DNA of 64,000 bases from Octopus sinensis (Eukaryota). The notes under the pieces are model-generated. The model made no database searches. It saw only the letters and a program-made list of their open reading frames with translations, and was not told the DNA's origin. Positions 1-13,765 of the stretch are shown here, piece after piece. The DNA lies in NCBI RefSeq assembly GCF_006345805.1, contig NC_043000.1, positions 16,864,001-16,928,000 of the forward strand, given 5' to 3'. Made by a program: the position numbers and the translations under genes. The first letter of the stretch is position 1. Each line of letters starts with the position of its first letter.

Positions 1-614
1 AAAATCTCTTTAGGGCAAAATTGACACATATTCATTTACATTCTAATGGATGGAAAGTTCCTTATATATCATCATCATTTAGAGTCCGCTTTCCATGCTA
101 GCATGGGTTGGACGGTTCAACTGGGGTCTGGGAAGCCAGAAGGCTGCACCAGGTCCAGTCTGATCTGACAGTGTTTCTACGGCTGGATGCCCTTCCTAAC
201 ACCAACCACTCCGTCAGTGTAGTGGGTGCTTTTACGTGCCAGACGAGGCTGGCAAACGGCCACGATTGGATGGTGCTTTTTACGTGCCACCGGCACAAGT
301 TTACGTGCCACTGCCTTGATATATGAGTTAACGAGTTAATTGATTCCCTGAGAATGCTTATCAAGCAAAAACTCATAAACAGAAAATAAAATTTGTAAAA
401 GCTTATAAACTTGGGGTCTCATAAAGTGAGGTACTAATGTGTGTGTGTAGATGTAAATTTGTTATGAATGTGCCTGTATAAGGTACAGCATATAACTATT
501 TATTTACAGCACCATCACACACCAAATTCATACACCTAGAAAATGTATTAATACATCTATACACATATAGGTGCATATGGAAATGCTACAGAATGAACAT
601 GCATGAAAGAGTGA

Positions 615-823
615 TTAACCCTTTAGCATTTGAACTGGCTAAACACAGCACCATTTATTCTACTCATTTTATGATCAAATCAGCTAGATCCAGTTTCTCA
701 CACTTACCCTACAATTTCATTCTAAAAATATATAATCACACCATTAAAATCTCAAAAGCTATGAGACAATGCATGATTAATTCAAAACACTTTGAACAGA
801 TAAATATTATGCTAAAGGGTTAA
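615..823. mobile_element. TTAA-flanked (piggyBac-type) MITE; further copies at 6164-6389, 17234-17460, 27142-27368, 50881-51109, 60104-60327, and degenerate ones at ~35930-36255 and ~59850-60012
   Basis: ttaa-ccctttagca...tgctaaaggg-ttaa termini and a shared ~220-bp body in all copies. Confidence 0.8.
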
Positions 824-1246
824 GAAGGACAATGTCATTCATTCATATAAGAGCAGATAGGTTCTGAGTTATTTTGAATAGTATTACTAATTACTGCAAT
901 TACTACTACCAAACATTACCACCATCACCAAATATTATATCATTAACACTACAGCATCTACCACTATCACTACTATTACACAACAGCTACTACCATCATT
1001 GCCATTGTCACCATAAATGTTACTACTGTTATTGATTCATAGGGAAAACCCAATTTTTATGAATGAGAAACCAGAGTACAGTGATCTAATGAATACATGA
1101 ACCTCAGACACTCATACAGCCATTGGTTCAATAATTTATAATTAAATAAATAATAACAAAAATAATAATCCTTTCTACTATAGGCATACGGCCCGAAATT
1201 TTGGTGGCGAGGGCTAGGTGGTATAAGAATTCCAGAATGTCTGCAA

Positions 1247-1655
1247 GGCGCAGGAGTGGCTGTGTGGTAAGTAGCTTGCTAACCAACCACATAGTTCCGG
1301 GTTCAGTCCCACTGCGTGGCATCTTGGGCAAGTGTCTTCTGCTATAGCCCCGGGCCGACCAATGCCTTGTGAGTGGATTTGGTAGACGGAAACTGAAAGA
1401 AGCCTGTCGTATATATGTATATATATGTATATATATGTATATGTGTGTATGTGTGTGTGTTTGTCCACCTAGCATTGCTTGACAACCGATGCTGGTCTGT
1501 TTACGTCCCCGTCACTTAGCGGTTCGGCAAAAGAGACCGATAGAATAAGTACCGGGCTTACAAAGAATAAGTTCCGGGGTCGATTTGCTCGACTAAAGGT
1601 GGTGCTCCAGCATGGTCGCAGTCAAATGACTGAAACAAGTAAAAGAGCAAAAGAG
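1247..1655 (+). mobile_element. tRNA-derived SINE family A with internal (TA/TG)n
   Basis: Head ggcgcaggagtggctgtgtggtaag...ggttcagtccc (A/B-box-like), CORE-like cttgggcaagt, tail gtaaaagag; many near-identical copies in the window. Confidence 0.9.
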
Positions 1656-3543
1656 TGTTTACTGCTCTCACCTGTCACACCAAATGCTAACAACTTTAAA
1701 GTAATCAATCAATATTAATTTTAATTTAAGAAGAAACTTATCTTCAACCTCCATCATTATTGAAAGCTGTAGCAGATTACTGGAGCTTGTCCCAATTTTT
1801 CTGGCTTTTAGGAAATGAAAAATCTCTACCACCTGGATAGGATGTTCATCTTACATGAGTTATTTAAACACATTGCTAAAACCTAACAAAACACTTGTGA
1901 ATTATTCACCACCAACTTTTGATTTTATAAGTCCGCTTTCCAGACCCCAGTTGAACCGTCCAACCCATGCTAGCATGGAAAGCGGACGTTAAACGATGAT
2001 GATGATGATGATGATGCAAATAATTTTCAAGTGGTACCTATTTATAAGTAAGTTAACTGGCCATTAAGTGACAGCCTAGCCACAAATAATAAGATTTGAA
2101 CTATCAGTCCTCAGTGTCAAAGGCCAGTAATCAAGGAACCTGGCCAATTGTAACATTCCTCCTGTAAATTAATGAAGAAAGATTTCTAAAAAAAAAAAAA
2201 AATTTTGTAAAATTCCCAACTAACAAAACACATGAAAATAATTTTCTCCTCTTCCCGACCCCTGCCTTGCAATAATTTGCAACTAACTTCCAATGGTATC
2301 TATTTACAATTAAGTCAACTGAGCCGTTAAGTGTCTTCTTCGTCAGATAACAAGTCTACCAGTTTGGCCAGCTGTAACTCATTCCCAGTCAATTTAAGAA
2401 GAGAATTTAAAAGAAAACCTGATTAAAGCCAAAGAACTAGTTTAGCAGTAATCATTATGGAATGTTTGAAAATTCCCCATAACACATCAGCATCGAGGAA
2501 TGGTGCTCCAATTTCATTCAACCAGACAAACATAGAATACCAAACAGTTGCATCATTAAAACCTGATATTTTAAACATTTTGATGATGAACATATTGGAA
2601 ACTTCGAATGCTTTTAATTTATGTAATTAAAAAAAAATTACTAAAACTTAGGTATTACATCAATGTTACGTAAATTAAGATGTCAGCAGGTAAAAATATC
2701 ACTATAGGTTTATGTCAGAACCTTCTGATAACTACCAAAAAATAACATTACAATCAATTTTAAATAAGAGCCAACAAATTTTTTTAATTATTTAGAAAAT
2801 TAACTGAAAAACATATGCAGTGCAGTTTTATCATGGAAGGTTTAGTATTACAGCAGAAGAAATGTCAGCAAGGGGAATAACTTAATTAGAATAGTGTAGT
2901 TATCTCTGGTGTATATGCATAGGATAAAAAGCTTTTGATGTACAACACGTTTTCAATTTAAACTAAATCTAAACCAGCTGTATTATGTGAAAATCCTTAT
3001 AATCAGCTGATATAAGCAGATTATATTCAGAGTCAGAAAAAAATCAGTGGTAGATTAGATAGATTATAAATATATAGAGAAAAACCACTATTATTTATAT
3101 ATATATATATATACACACACATACACATCTAGGTGCAGTATGGCCAACTGGTAATGGAGTTTGGTTTTTGCAACCATGCAAACCAAACTTACATGGTTTG
3201 CATAGTTTCAAGCCACAGCCCATCCACCTCGTTAATGGAATTGGGCAGAAAGAATCTCTACAGAAACCTGACAGATGGATTTTTACCTGTAATTAAAAAA
3301 AAAAGTTACGGCCTTGTCACACACTGTGTCGAGCTGATTCTATATGAGAATTATGTTAAGGGTTACACACGTCTGTGGAATGTTCGGCTACTAACACACT
3401 AATTCCATGAGCAGGTAATTTAGTTGACTGAACAACTGAGACCTCATTACTGACACTGATAGAAAACCACACACACACACACACACACACACACGTGTGT
3501 GCAGGAGAAAGATGTTATGATAATGGTTTAAACTATAAAATAC

Positions 3544-3642
3544 CTTAGTTGCTGCTTCAACATTTGCTCCTCTTCGCAGTAATTCTGTGACAATATTAAT
3601 ATGGCCTTCCTTAGAGGCGAGGTGGAGTGCGTTGAGGCCATT
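3544..3642 (-). CDS. ANK2: Ankyrin (ANK2/Ank2/unc-44 family) coding exon, ANK repeat 2: [33 protein letters not shown]
   Basis: Minus strand ttcttctttcag|AATGGC...ACTAAG|gtattt; 99 nt, phase 0-0. The peptide closely matches the recalled vertebrate ANK2/ANK3 and Drosophila Ank2 motif [14 protein letters not shown]...AATK with the conserved exon boundaries. Confidence 0.96.
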
Positions 3643-5265
3643 CTGAAAGAAGAATTAAAAACAAGATTATTAGATCATCTATCATTAATTGATAACACAA
3701 AACAGAAATATCAACAAGAAATGTATAATTTACAATAGTGGACACAAAATGAAATTAAGAAATCAAGGTGGGAAGGAAACCTCTATAGAGCTACTTCATC
3801 TGTTAGAAATAGAAGCTAAATCTGAAAATCAGCGTCTGTCATTTTAAAAAGAGAATGACATTGTAGTCTTAGATATATTCTGTAATGAACAAATAAAAGA
3901 ATAAAAGACTGAGAGAATGGAATGTTGTCTTTGTCAGGATTGAACTAGGACTGTATTAACAACTGTAACCGCTAACTATAGTGGAAGCACTCCGTCGGTT
4001 ACGACGATGAGGGTTCTGGTTGATCCGAATCAACGGAACAGCCTGCTCGTGAAATTAACGTGTAAGTGGCTGAGCACTCCACAGACACGTGCACCCTTAA
4101 CGTAGTTCTCGGGGAGATTCAGCGTGACACAGAGAGTGACAAGGCTGGCCCTTTGAGATACAGGTACAACAGAAACAGGAAGTAAGAGTGAGAGAAAGTT
4201 GTGGTGAAAGAGTACAGCAGGGATCACCACCATCCCCTGCCGGAGCCTCGTGGAGCTTTTAGGTGTTTTCGCTCAATAAACACTCACAACGCCCGGTCTG
4301 GGAATCGAAACCGTGATCCTATGACCACGAGTCTGCTGCCCTAACCACTGGGCCATTGTGCCTCCACCCCTAACTATAAAGTTCAATGAGGTCATACTTG
4401 CAAAGCATCGAAGATCAGGTACTTGGTTGCACTAATAAAGTTTATCTGAAATGAATTCCTTGCAGAGCAGTTCCAGTCATATACTGGAACAGTTAAGTCA
4501 ATTACACCTGCAAAACTGTCATCTCAGTAGCAGAGTGAATAAATGCTATTCTTTACTACTACTGCTACTATGATGGCATCATCATCCTCATCACCAGCAG
4601 TCCATTTCCCATGCTGGAGCACTGCCTTGAAGAATTTTAAGAGAGGTGAATTGACCTTAGTATTATTTTGTTTTTTCAAACCTAGTACTTATTCAATTGG
4701 TTTTTTGCTGAGTTACTAAGTTATGGAGACATAAACAAACCAACACTGGTTGTCAAGCGGTGGTGGGAGACAAACACAAAACACACATGATGGGCTTCTC
4801 TCAGTTTCTGCCTACCTAATCTACTCACAAGTCTTTGTCTGGCCTGAGGATACAGTCGAAGACACTTGCTCAAGGTGCCATGCAGTGGGACTGAAACCAG
4901 AACCACGTGGTTGGGAAGCAAACTTCCTACTAGCCAATGTGAACCTGGCTTTCTTATTTTAGATACAATAGTGCTGGGGTTCCACCAAGACTTCTCATAC
5001 CTTAGATAACTTGATAGAGCACATAAGATGCTGGCCTGTCATTTACGTAAAGACACAGGGTTACTGCTCCTAACAGTAGTAAAAAAAATATGTATCAGCT
5101 AGCACCCATTATGAAGAGGATGGCACAGATGTCCAGTTGATTAGAACAGATTGAGAGTCTCAAGTGATAGAAAAATAGCTCAAGTAATGGTCAGAGGGGT
5201 TGTTATTCTGTTACTGTCTGAAATTAGTATATACAATAGCTCATCAATATATAACAGGAACTAAA

Positions 5266-5538
5266 TATCATTTACATTATTTACATTCGATGGATATTTG
5301 TCCTCATCTTGTTTGTTGTTAACACAATGTTTCGGCTGATGTACCCTCCAGCCTTCTTCAGGTGTCTTGGGGGAAAATTTCGAACCTGGGTTCTCATTCC
5401 TAATTTTTCCAAGACACCTGATGAAGGCTGGAGGGTATATCAGCCAAAACGTTGTGTTAACAACAAACAGGAGGAGGACAAATATCTGTCGAATGTAAAT
5501 AATGTAAATAATTCCTCATCTCTTAAATATAGAACTGT
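5266..5538. mobile_element. Penelope-like element remnant: inverted repeat with two minimal hammerhead ribozyme motifs
   Basis: Arms at ~5270-5370 and ~5409-5510 are inverted copies. Each has gacac-CTGANGA-aggctg..cagcc-(G/A)AAAC-(G/A)TT-gtgtt. 10-bp flanking direct repeat aggaactaaa at 5256-5265 and 5539-5548. Confidence 0.75.
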
Positions 5539-5703
5539 AGGAACTAAAAATGTTATGTAGACTATACAAACATCAAAGATTAAATAGGTTAGAAATTTGA
5601 AAATATAGGGATTTACGTAATCAAGTACTGTAATCCTAAAATTTAGAGCCTTGTATCAGTGTTAAAAATCCCTCAAAAAAAAAAAAAAGAAAAAAAAGAG
5701 ATA

Positions 5704-5868
5704 GGCGCAGGAGTGGCTGTGTGGTAAGTAGCTTGCTAACCAACCACATGGTTCCGGGTTCAGTCCCACTGCATGGCACCTTGGGCAAGTGTCTTCTGCT
5801 ATAGCCTCGGGCCGACCAATGCCTTGTGAGTGGATTTGGTAGACGGAAACTGAAAGAAGCCTGTCGTA

Positions 5869-5900
<32 letters not shown>

Positions 5901-6113
5901 AGTGTTTGTGCATCTGTGTTTGTCCCCCTAGCATTGTTTGACAACCGATGCTGGTTTGTTTATGTCCCCGTTACTTAGCAGTTCGGCAAAAGAGACCGAT
6001 AGAATAAGTACTGGGCTTACAAAAGAATAAGTCCCGGGGTCGATTTGCTCGACTAAAGGCGGTGCTCCAGCATGGCCGCAGTCAAATGACTGAAACAAGT
6101 AAAAGAGTAAAAG
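5704..6113 (+). mobile_element. SINE family A copy
   Basis: Full-length match to 1247-1655. Confidence 0.9.
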
Positions 6114-9100
6114 AGAGAGAGTAAAGAGATAACAGCTGTGGAAAACAGTAACTGTTGATGTTATTAACCCTTTAGCATTTAGACCGGTCATATTCAGCCA
6201 AAATATTCAACTTGTTTTATGTTTAAACCAGCTGGATTCTGGCCTCTCACACCTATGTTTTAATGTTATTCTAAAAATAAGCAATCATATCATCAAAATC
6301 TCAGAGCAACCAGATAAATGCATGCATAATTCAAATCAATGTAAATAAATATTACAATTTACAGAGAAATCTGAATGCTAGAGGGTTAACCCCTGATCAA
6401 CCCTAACTCAGCAAGCTTATAAATCGAAGATGTTCTAGCTGTGAGCAACCCATTTTCTATACAGATACAAAGAATCCAAACTGCATTATATTACTGAATG
6501 TGTCCTTTCCTTTCCACAAGAGTGCAATTTAGGTGGGGAAGGGGGGAGATTGACTGCTATTTCTTGCAGGGTTAGAGACAAGTTCCCTTGTTGGCTCACA
6601 ATATTTTAATGTGTATTGGTGAAAAATATGCCTAATCTCACACCATAGGGAGGAGTTCACTGAGTTCTCTGTACCCAAACTCCATAACATTTTTCATTAG
6701 CGGTTGAAACCAATTCATTTCACTTGTAATATAATATTTCTGTACTTTTATCTTCATCTATCTATCTTACCTTATGTTGTACTCCAGTCTACTGACATCC
6801 TCCTGTGTCTAATTTCTAAATATAAATATATATATAAGACTTGAGTTCAAAATAATTCTATGGCATGATGTAGGCAGTCAGTCAAACGACTGGGTGTTAC
6901 CCACAGATTTATTGCTCCAGGTGTATCATGTCTATCTGGGTGGGGACTACACTGTTCACTAAACTATGCAGTGATTCTGTGTTTAGGAGAGAGAGCGAGA
7001 GAAAGACAGACAGACAGACAGAGAGTGTGTGTTTATGTGTGAATATTCATCTACCTCAAAAATGTAGACCCTAAAATCTGGAGATGAACTCAAGATTAAA
7101 AGTTTTGAAATGCAGTGGTTACAGTCTATACTGAGAGTATCCTTATGAAACAGGCGTAGAAGTACTTCCATAAGAAACACTGAGGTAATGTTGGTAAAGA
7201 GACTGAAATGGTTCAACCATGTAACAGGAAAGTCACCCAGTAACTACATAGTGCTGGTGTTCTACCAAAACTTCTCATACCTCAGATAACATGATAAACC
7301 ACATATGTAAAGACAGGATTACTGCTCCCAACAGTAGTAAAAAAATATTATGACGGGGATGGCAGTTGCCCAGTTGAGTAGAATAGATTAAGAGTCTCAA
7401 GTGATAGAAACATAACACAAGTAATGGTCAGAGGGGTTGTTATTCTTTTACGGTCTGAAATTAATATATATACAATAGCTCATCAATATATAACAGGAAC
7501 TAAAAATGCTTATCATCATCGTTTAACATCCGCTTTCCATGTTAGTATGGGTTGGACGATTTGACTGAGGACTGGCGAACCAGATGGCTGCACCAGGCTC
7601 CAATCTGATCTAGCAGAGTTTCTACAGCTGGATGCCCTTCCTAATGCCAATCAATCCGAGAGTGTAGTGGGTACTTTTACATGCCACCGGTACGAGGGCC
7701 AGTCAGGCTGTACTGGCAACGGCCATGCTCAAATCGTGTTTTTTACGTGCCACCCGTACAGGAGCCAGTCCAACGGTACTGGCAACGATCTCACTTGAAT
7801 GTTTTTTCATGTGCCACCAGCACAAGTGCCAGTGAGGCGACGCTATTAATGATCACGCTTGAATGGTTCCTTTTTACGTGCCACTGGCACGGAAGCCAGT
7901 TAGCTGCTCTGGCATTGATCACGCTCAGATGGTGCTCTTAGCACTCTGCTAGCACTGATGCCAGTCATCGAATTCGATTTCGATTTCTATGTAGACTATA
8001 CAAATATCAAACATAGATTCAAGAGGCTAGAAATTTGATAATATTTTACTGAAGTATAATGGTTAATGAGACTCGAAGGAGATGAGATTAAGGTGCTTCA
8101 TTACTGATTACATGTTCTAACGTATTCAAAACACTTCTTTAGAAAAAAAACTATTTCCTATTTTCACAGGTCAGTGCACAATAGAAAACATACTACAATA
8201 AAAACAATTGCTCCAATAAACAAACTTCCTCACCATTGCAAGCAACAATTATTGATACCCTACAAAGCTCAGCTGAGGAGCTTTGTAGTATTGCTCTCAT
8301 ATCTGGGATGGTGTTGTTGCTGCTGTTGCATACAGACATCCTAGATCACCTCAGAAAAGGGCCTTCCAAATCACTCACAGACATGCCCCAGCCTTTCACT
8401 CACAAAGCATGCGATCTCATCTCTGTTGTTTCTACTGCTACTATAAAGGCCTCTTCTTAGAGCCGGCAGGGCTCATGCTACCTTCACTTGAGCATTCTCG
8501 TCCCATTTGTCTCTCCTCCTCTCATCCTCCTTGCCGAGTCCAACACCCCAGGTCCCACACTAATCACTGCACCTAGTCCTCCCTTATGGAATTCCCCCCT
8601 GTCCATGTCTTTCTCATCATCATCATCATTTAGCGTCTGCTTTCCATGCTAGCATGGGTTGGACGGTTCAACTGGGGTCTGTGAAGCCAGAAGGCTGCAT
8701 CAGGCCCAGTCTGATCTGGCAGTGTTTCTACGGCTGGATGCCCTTCCTAACGCCAACCACTCCGTGAGTGTAGTGGGTGCTTTTTACGTGCCACCCACAC
8801 AGGTGCCAGACGGAGCTGGCAAACGGACACGAACGGATGGTGCTTTTACATGCCACCGGCACGGGGGCCAGGCGAGGCTGGCAACAGACACAAGCGGATG
8901 GTGCTTTTATGTGCCACAAGTGTTTACTTATAAAGGTTCAAGAGAAACATCAATGACCTCAGTCTCACTGATATAAAACAGCTTGCAGTGATGTGACAGT
9001 GTTACCAATCATTTTCGAAAGAAACACAAGACCAACACATATTTGGAGAGAGGTTAACTGATTAAATTAACTCAAAACTTGACTGGCACTTTATTTCACT

Positions 9101-9641
9101 GATCTCAAATGGCTGTAAAGTAAAGTTGGTCTCAACTGGAATTTTAATTTAGAATGTAAAGAACTGGAGAAATACTGCAAATGCATTTTGTCAGATGCTC
9201 AAACTATTCCGTCAGTTTATTATCATCATTATTAGCCTTGACAGTGCTAATAATAATAATAATGATAATAATCTATACTACTATAGGGACAAGGCCTGGA
9301 ATTTTGGGAGAGAGAAGCTTGTTCATAACATCAATGCTAGTGCTTGATTGATACTTGTTTTATTGATTTTGAAAGCCAGCTTCCGCAAAATTTGAACTCA
9401 GAATGTAAAGCTGAAAGAAATGCAGATAATCATTTTGTCTAGTGTGCTTAACGATTCAACCAATTGGCTACCTTATTATAATAATAATAATATAATAATA
9501 ATAATAATAATAATAATAAACACAGATGTCCCTTAGTGACTGTGTAGACAAATAAAGAGAAAAGTATAGTGAGAGAGAGAAATAGTGAAGGTGAGAAGAC
9601 AAAACCGGCAAAGAGAGGATAGCCCATCATACAACACAGGA

Positions 9642-9707
<66 letters not shown>

Positions 9708-10208
9708 GAGAAGAGAAAGAGAGAGAGAGAGAGAGAGTGTTTATGTAATATAACAAGTGGTTAGACTGCTTTGTTGAAACAAACCCATCCAATCCATTTT
9801 GGCAAAGAAAGGCGAACACGATGATGATGATGATAATGGTGGCATTGGGGTGGACGGTGGTGACAATATATGGTCTGTAATTTAGCATAATAGCCATCAG
9901 TTATCGATTGTGGAAGCAGATAAATTGCTAATTAGATTGGAAAATTCTACAGTTCGTTTATCATTATGCAATCCCACTGGTTCTACCGCTGCCATCCACC
10001 ACACACCGTTATTAGTTCTACTATTACCATAGCATTAAATACCGGCACCACTAGTTTTACTTCCATCCGAACAATACGTGACACCACGACTATCACCACA
10101 ATTCAGAACCAGAACCAGTTCTACTCGCAGAGACTGCTATACAACATCACTATCAATACTTAATCTTTTAAGTGTATGAGGGAACTTTAATTTGCAAGAA
10201 ATAATAGT

Positions 10209-10612
10209 CATCATCATCATCATCATCATCGTTTAACGTCCGTTATCCATGCTAGCATGGGTTGGACGGTTCGACCGGGGATCTGGGAAGCCAGAAGGCT
10301 GCACCAGGCTCCGGTCTTATCTGGCAGTGTTTCTACGGCTGGATGCCCTTCCTAATGCCAACCACTCCGTGAGTGTAGTGGGTGCTTTTTACGTGCCACC
10401 TGCACTGGTGCCAGGCGAGGTTGGCATCGGCCACGGTCGGATTGGTGCATTTTACGTGCCACCGGCACGGAAGCCAGTCGAGGCGGCACTGGCTTCGGCC
10501 ACGATTCGGATGGTGCTTTTTACATGCCACCGACACGGAAGCCAGTCGAGGCGGCGCTGGCTTCGGCCACGATTCGGATGGGGCTTTTTACGTGCCACCG
10601 ACACGGAAGCCA
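10209..10612 (-). mobile_element. Retroposon family C with (GAT)n tail and variable 5' tandem subrepeats; copies at ~69-310, 7513-7985, 8615-8915, 10850-11452 (+), 37305-37582 (+), 55636-55946, 58195-58500
   Basis: Shared ggttggcgttaggaagggcatccagc...catggaaagcggacgttaaacgatgatg 3' end and repeated ggtggcacgtaaaa units. Confidence 0.85.
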
Positions 10613-12296
10613 GTTATATCTCTATCAAATTGTACCCTACTGTCTTTAGCCCTTTGCCTGTCTGAAGCATTTTCATAAGTTTGTCCTAAATGTCTATGTT
10701 TGATTTTTAGTTAGGCCTTGTTTCATATGTTCTGAGTTATAATAAAACTACTTCGTAAGTCCAAACTTATTCTGGTGATTGAAAAAAAAATAGGAATATG
10801 TATCATATATATATGCATAGATGCCAGAGAAATGTGTTCTGTTTATCACTGTGCTCGAGAAGACCTGACAAGCCAAGTGAGACCATAGCCTGAGGCCTAT
10901 GCCAGTGGGTATAACCAACTCATTTATGAATACCCCTAATCCATTGGACAATAAACTTTGCGGAGGCAAGTGAAATAAAAAAACAAAATTGCTGACATGG
11001 CCGATGACAGTAGTACCTGATTGGCACTCTTGCCAGTGGAACGTTAAAAGCACATCCAAATGTGGGGTGTAACCAGCCCACTTATGAGTACCCCTCATTC
11101 ATTGGAAAATGAACTTTCCTTGTGAATCACTGATGTGGCTGATGACAGTACTGCCTGATTGGCACTCGTACCAGGGCCACGGATTGGCTCCCGTGCAAGA
11201 GGCACGCGAAAAACAAAATTTGAGTGTGGCCGTTTCCAGAGCCGCCTGACTGGCCCTCGTGCTGGAGGCACATAAAAGCACCCACTACACTCTCGGAGTG
11301 GTTGGCATTAGGAAGGGCATCCAGCTGTAGAAACTTTGCCAGATCAGATTGGAGCCTGGGGCAGCCTTCTGGCTCACCAGTCCTCAGTCAAACCGTCCAA
11401 CCCATGCCAGCATGGAAAGTGGACGTTAAACGACAATGATGATGATGATGATACATGGGACAGGAAAAGATTAAAAAGAAAAAGAGGAAGGACACATCGA
11501 ATAATGCAGCCTGACCAATCCTACTCCCAGAGACGGCTACACAACATCACTATCAACACTAATACTTTGAGCCAATGAAGGAACTTTAATTAGCTAGAAA
11601 TAACAACCAAATCTCTCTCAAATCATATCCTACTATCTTTAAAAGACAAGAAGGACTTGTTGAATAATGTAATGTTAGATACATTATGACTGAAACATGA
11701 TAGGATGATCAAAGCCGGAGACCTTTTGATTCAAAGTCTGCTTGACCAGGAATGACCTGGAGCTTAGCAACAAACAGTAACCTAGTCCTATGATCATATT
11801 GCACAGTACCATCAGCATATGCCACATTACACAATACTACTATATAACATTGCTATCAATTACCCATCAGTACAACTGCCATACTGAACACACTAGAACC
11901 ACTATTCTAATGCACTACTAATACAAAACAGCAGCAGTACTACCACCACTATTACCACCACTAACAGCACAAGACTATATACAACACAACAGCATCACCA
12001 TTGCCATCACCACCATGACACAGAGCACCACATCTGCTACCAACAGTCCTAGTATCACTATCAGAATACACACCTTATCCTTCTCGATACCAACACCACC
12101 ACTGCCTCTGCAGCCGATTAGAGGCAAGTAGCCAACCTAACATAGTTCCAAGTGATGTATCAGTTTTGCAGACATCTTGAAGCATTCAGCTAAAAGACAG
12201 CATCACATACCATTGGTAGTGGTGAGAGTGGGTGGTGATTACCTAAGGGTAGTTAGTTATATATCTTTATAAATGTATAGTTACGTAACAGATATA

Positions 12297-12874
12297 TATT
12301 TCTTTATTGCCCACAAGGGGCTAAACATAGAGGGGACAAACAAGGACAGACAAAGGGAGTAAATCGATTACATTGATCCCATTAATCGACCCCGAAAGGA
12401 TGAAAGGCAAAGTCGACCTCAGCGGAATTTGAACTCAGAACGTAATGGCAGACGAAATACCTATTTCTTTACTACCCACAAGGGGCTAAACAGAGGGGAC
12501 AAACAAGGACAGACAAACGGATTAAATCGATTACATCGACCCCAGTGCTCAACTGGTACTTAATTTATCGACCCTGAAAGGATGAAAGGCAAAGTCGACC
12601 TCGGAGGAATTTGAACTCAGAACGTAACGGCAGACGAAATACCTATTTCTTTACTACCCACAAGGGGCTACACACATAGGGGACAAACAAGGACAGACAA
12701 AGGGATTAAGTCAATTACATCGACCCCAGTGCGCAACTGGTACTTAATTTATCGACCCCGAAAGGATGAAGGGCAAAGTCGACCTCGGCGGAATTTGAAC
12801 TCACAACGTAACGGCAGACGAAATACCGCTAAGCATTTCGCCCGGCTTGCTAACGTTTCTGCCAGCTCGCTGCC
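12297..12874 (-). mobile_element. SINE family B multimer (one head plus three tandem bodies)
   Basis: Three head-to-tail units joined at aaagaaata|ggtatttcgtctgcc (minus strand). Confidence 0.85.
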
Positions 12875-13739
12875 TTTACGTAACAGATGTAACAGCATCC
12901 TCAGGTCGTAGTTACACAACAGTGGAGTAACATTAAGGAGGTAGCTGTAGTTCTCTATAGGACTGTTACATTGCAAAAGTGTAACACTGACATGAATGTT
13001 AATGTAACAGGACTGTCAAGACACTGTTGTTACATAGATCTCAATTGCTTTATACATTTGTAATATATCCTACAGATACAGAACGGCAATTGTATAGCAC
13101 AGACCCTTAAGTTACACTCTGCAGTTACATAATTAGTAGAGTGTAATAGAGAAAAGCTATGCTGTAACAAATTTAATCATTAGGCTTCAAAATTTCCTGT
13201 CACAAGGTGGTGAGAGAAGGGGTGAGAGAAAAAGAGGGCGAGAAAGGAGGAGACAGAGAATTCAATTAAGTTTTTAGAAAACAGACACTAATTATGGAAT
13301 CTTTAGAAAGTAACAAGTCTCTCGTTTCTTTCTTTTTTGTTTCTTCATTGTAGAGCTGTTTCTTCAAGTTATAAACTAAACTAATGAATAAACGATATAA
13401 ATAAAACAAGAATCTATATAAAGGAGATTGCTAATGAGAGAATAAATTATTTATTCTGATAGCAAAATAACCGAGAGAAAGTTTATTCAAGAGGTAAGCA
13501 ATAACAATTATAAAATGTTCTAGATACAAAGCTGGAAGAAAGGAGTGGCATTAATAAATAACAAGATCCTCCTTTATGCCTTCGTACACGTTGTCTGCTA
13601 AAAACAACAACCTCTGTTTGTATCAAAGCATGAACGACTGCAAACAATTTGCCAAAAGCATGGCATGGCACTCGCATTCAACGTCAGCAAACTGTGTGGA
13701 GAGAACAACATTCTATGAAGACAGGATGGCTAATCTTAC

Positions 13740-13765
13740 GTTGTTTGTGGCGGCTAATAAGACTC
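13740..13765 (-). CDS. Candidate 26-nt microexon (phase 1-0: G-VLLAATNN)
   Basis: tcatctcag|GAGTCTTATTAGCCGCCACAAACAAC|gtaaga; strong donor, weak acceptor; inside a unique island at 13100-13900. Confidence 0.25.

Larger units (their letters stand above)
4967..8040. repeat. Diverged local direct duplication (~4967-5600 vs ~7248-8040)
   Basis: Shared blocks atagtgctgg...cttctcatacc...gagtctcaagtgataga...gtaatggtcagaggggttgttattct...caatagctcatcaatatataacaggaactaaa...tatgtagactatacaaa. Confidence 0.85.

Noticed and set aside
1-3540. Expected next ankyrin exon (KGNTALHIASLAG)
   Set aside because: Not found by eye; presumably lies beyond the left edge of the window.
7055-7077. Possible 23-nt microexon (DFRVYIFE) and similar weak hits near 2360, 17650, 39015 and 47800
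   Set aside because: Weak donor or acceptor; they illustrate the chance background of such matches.
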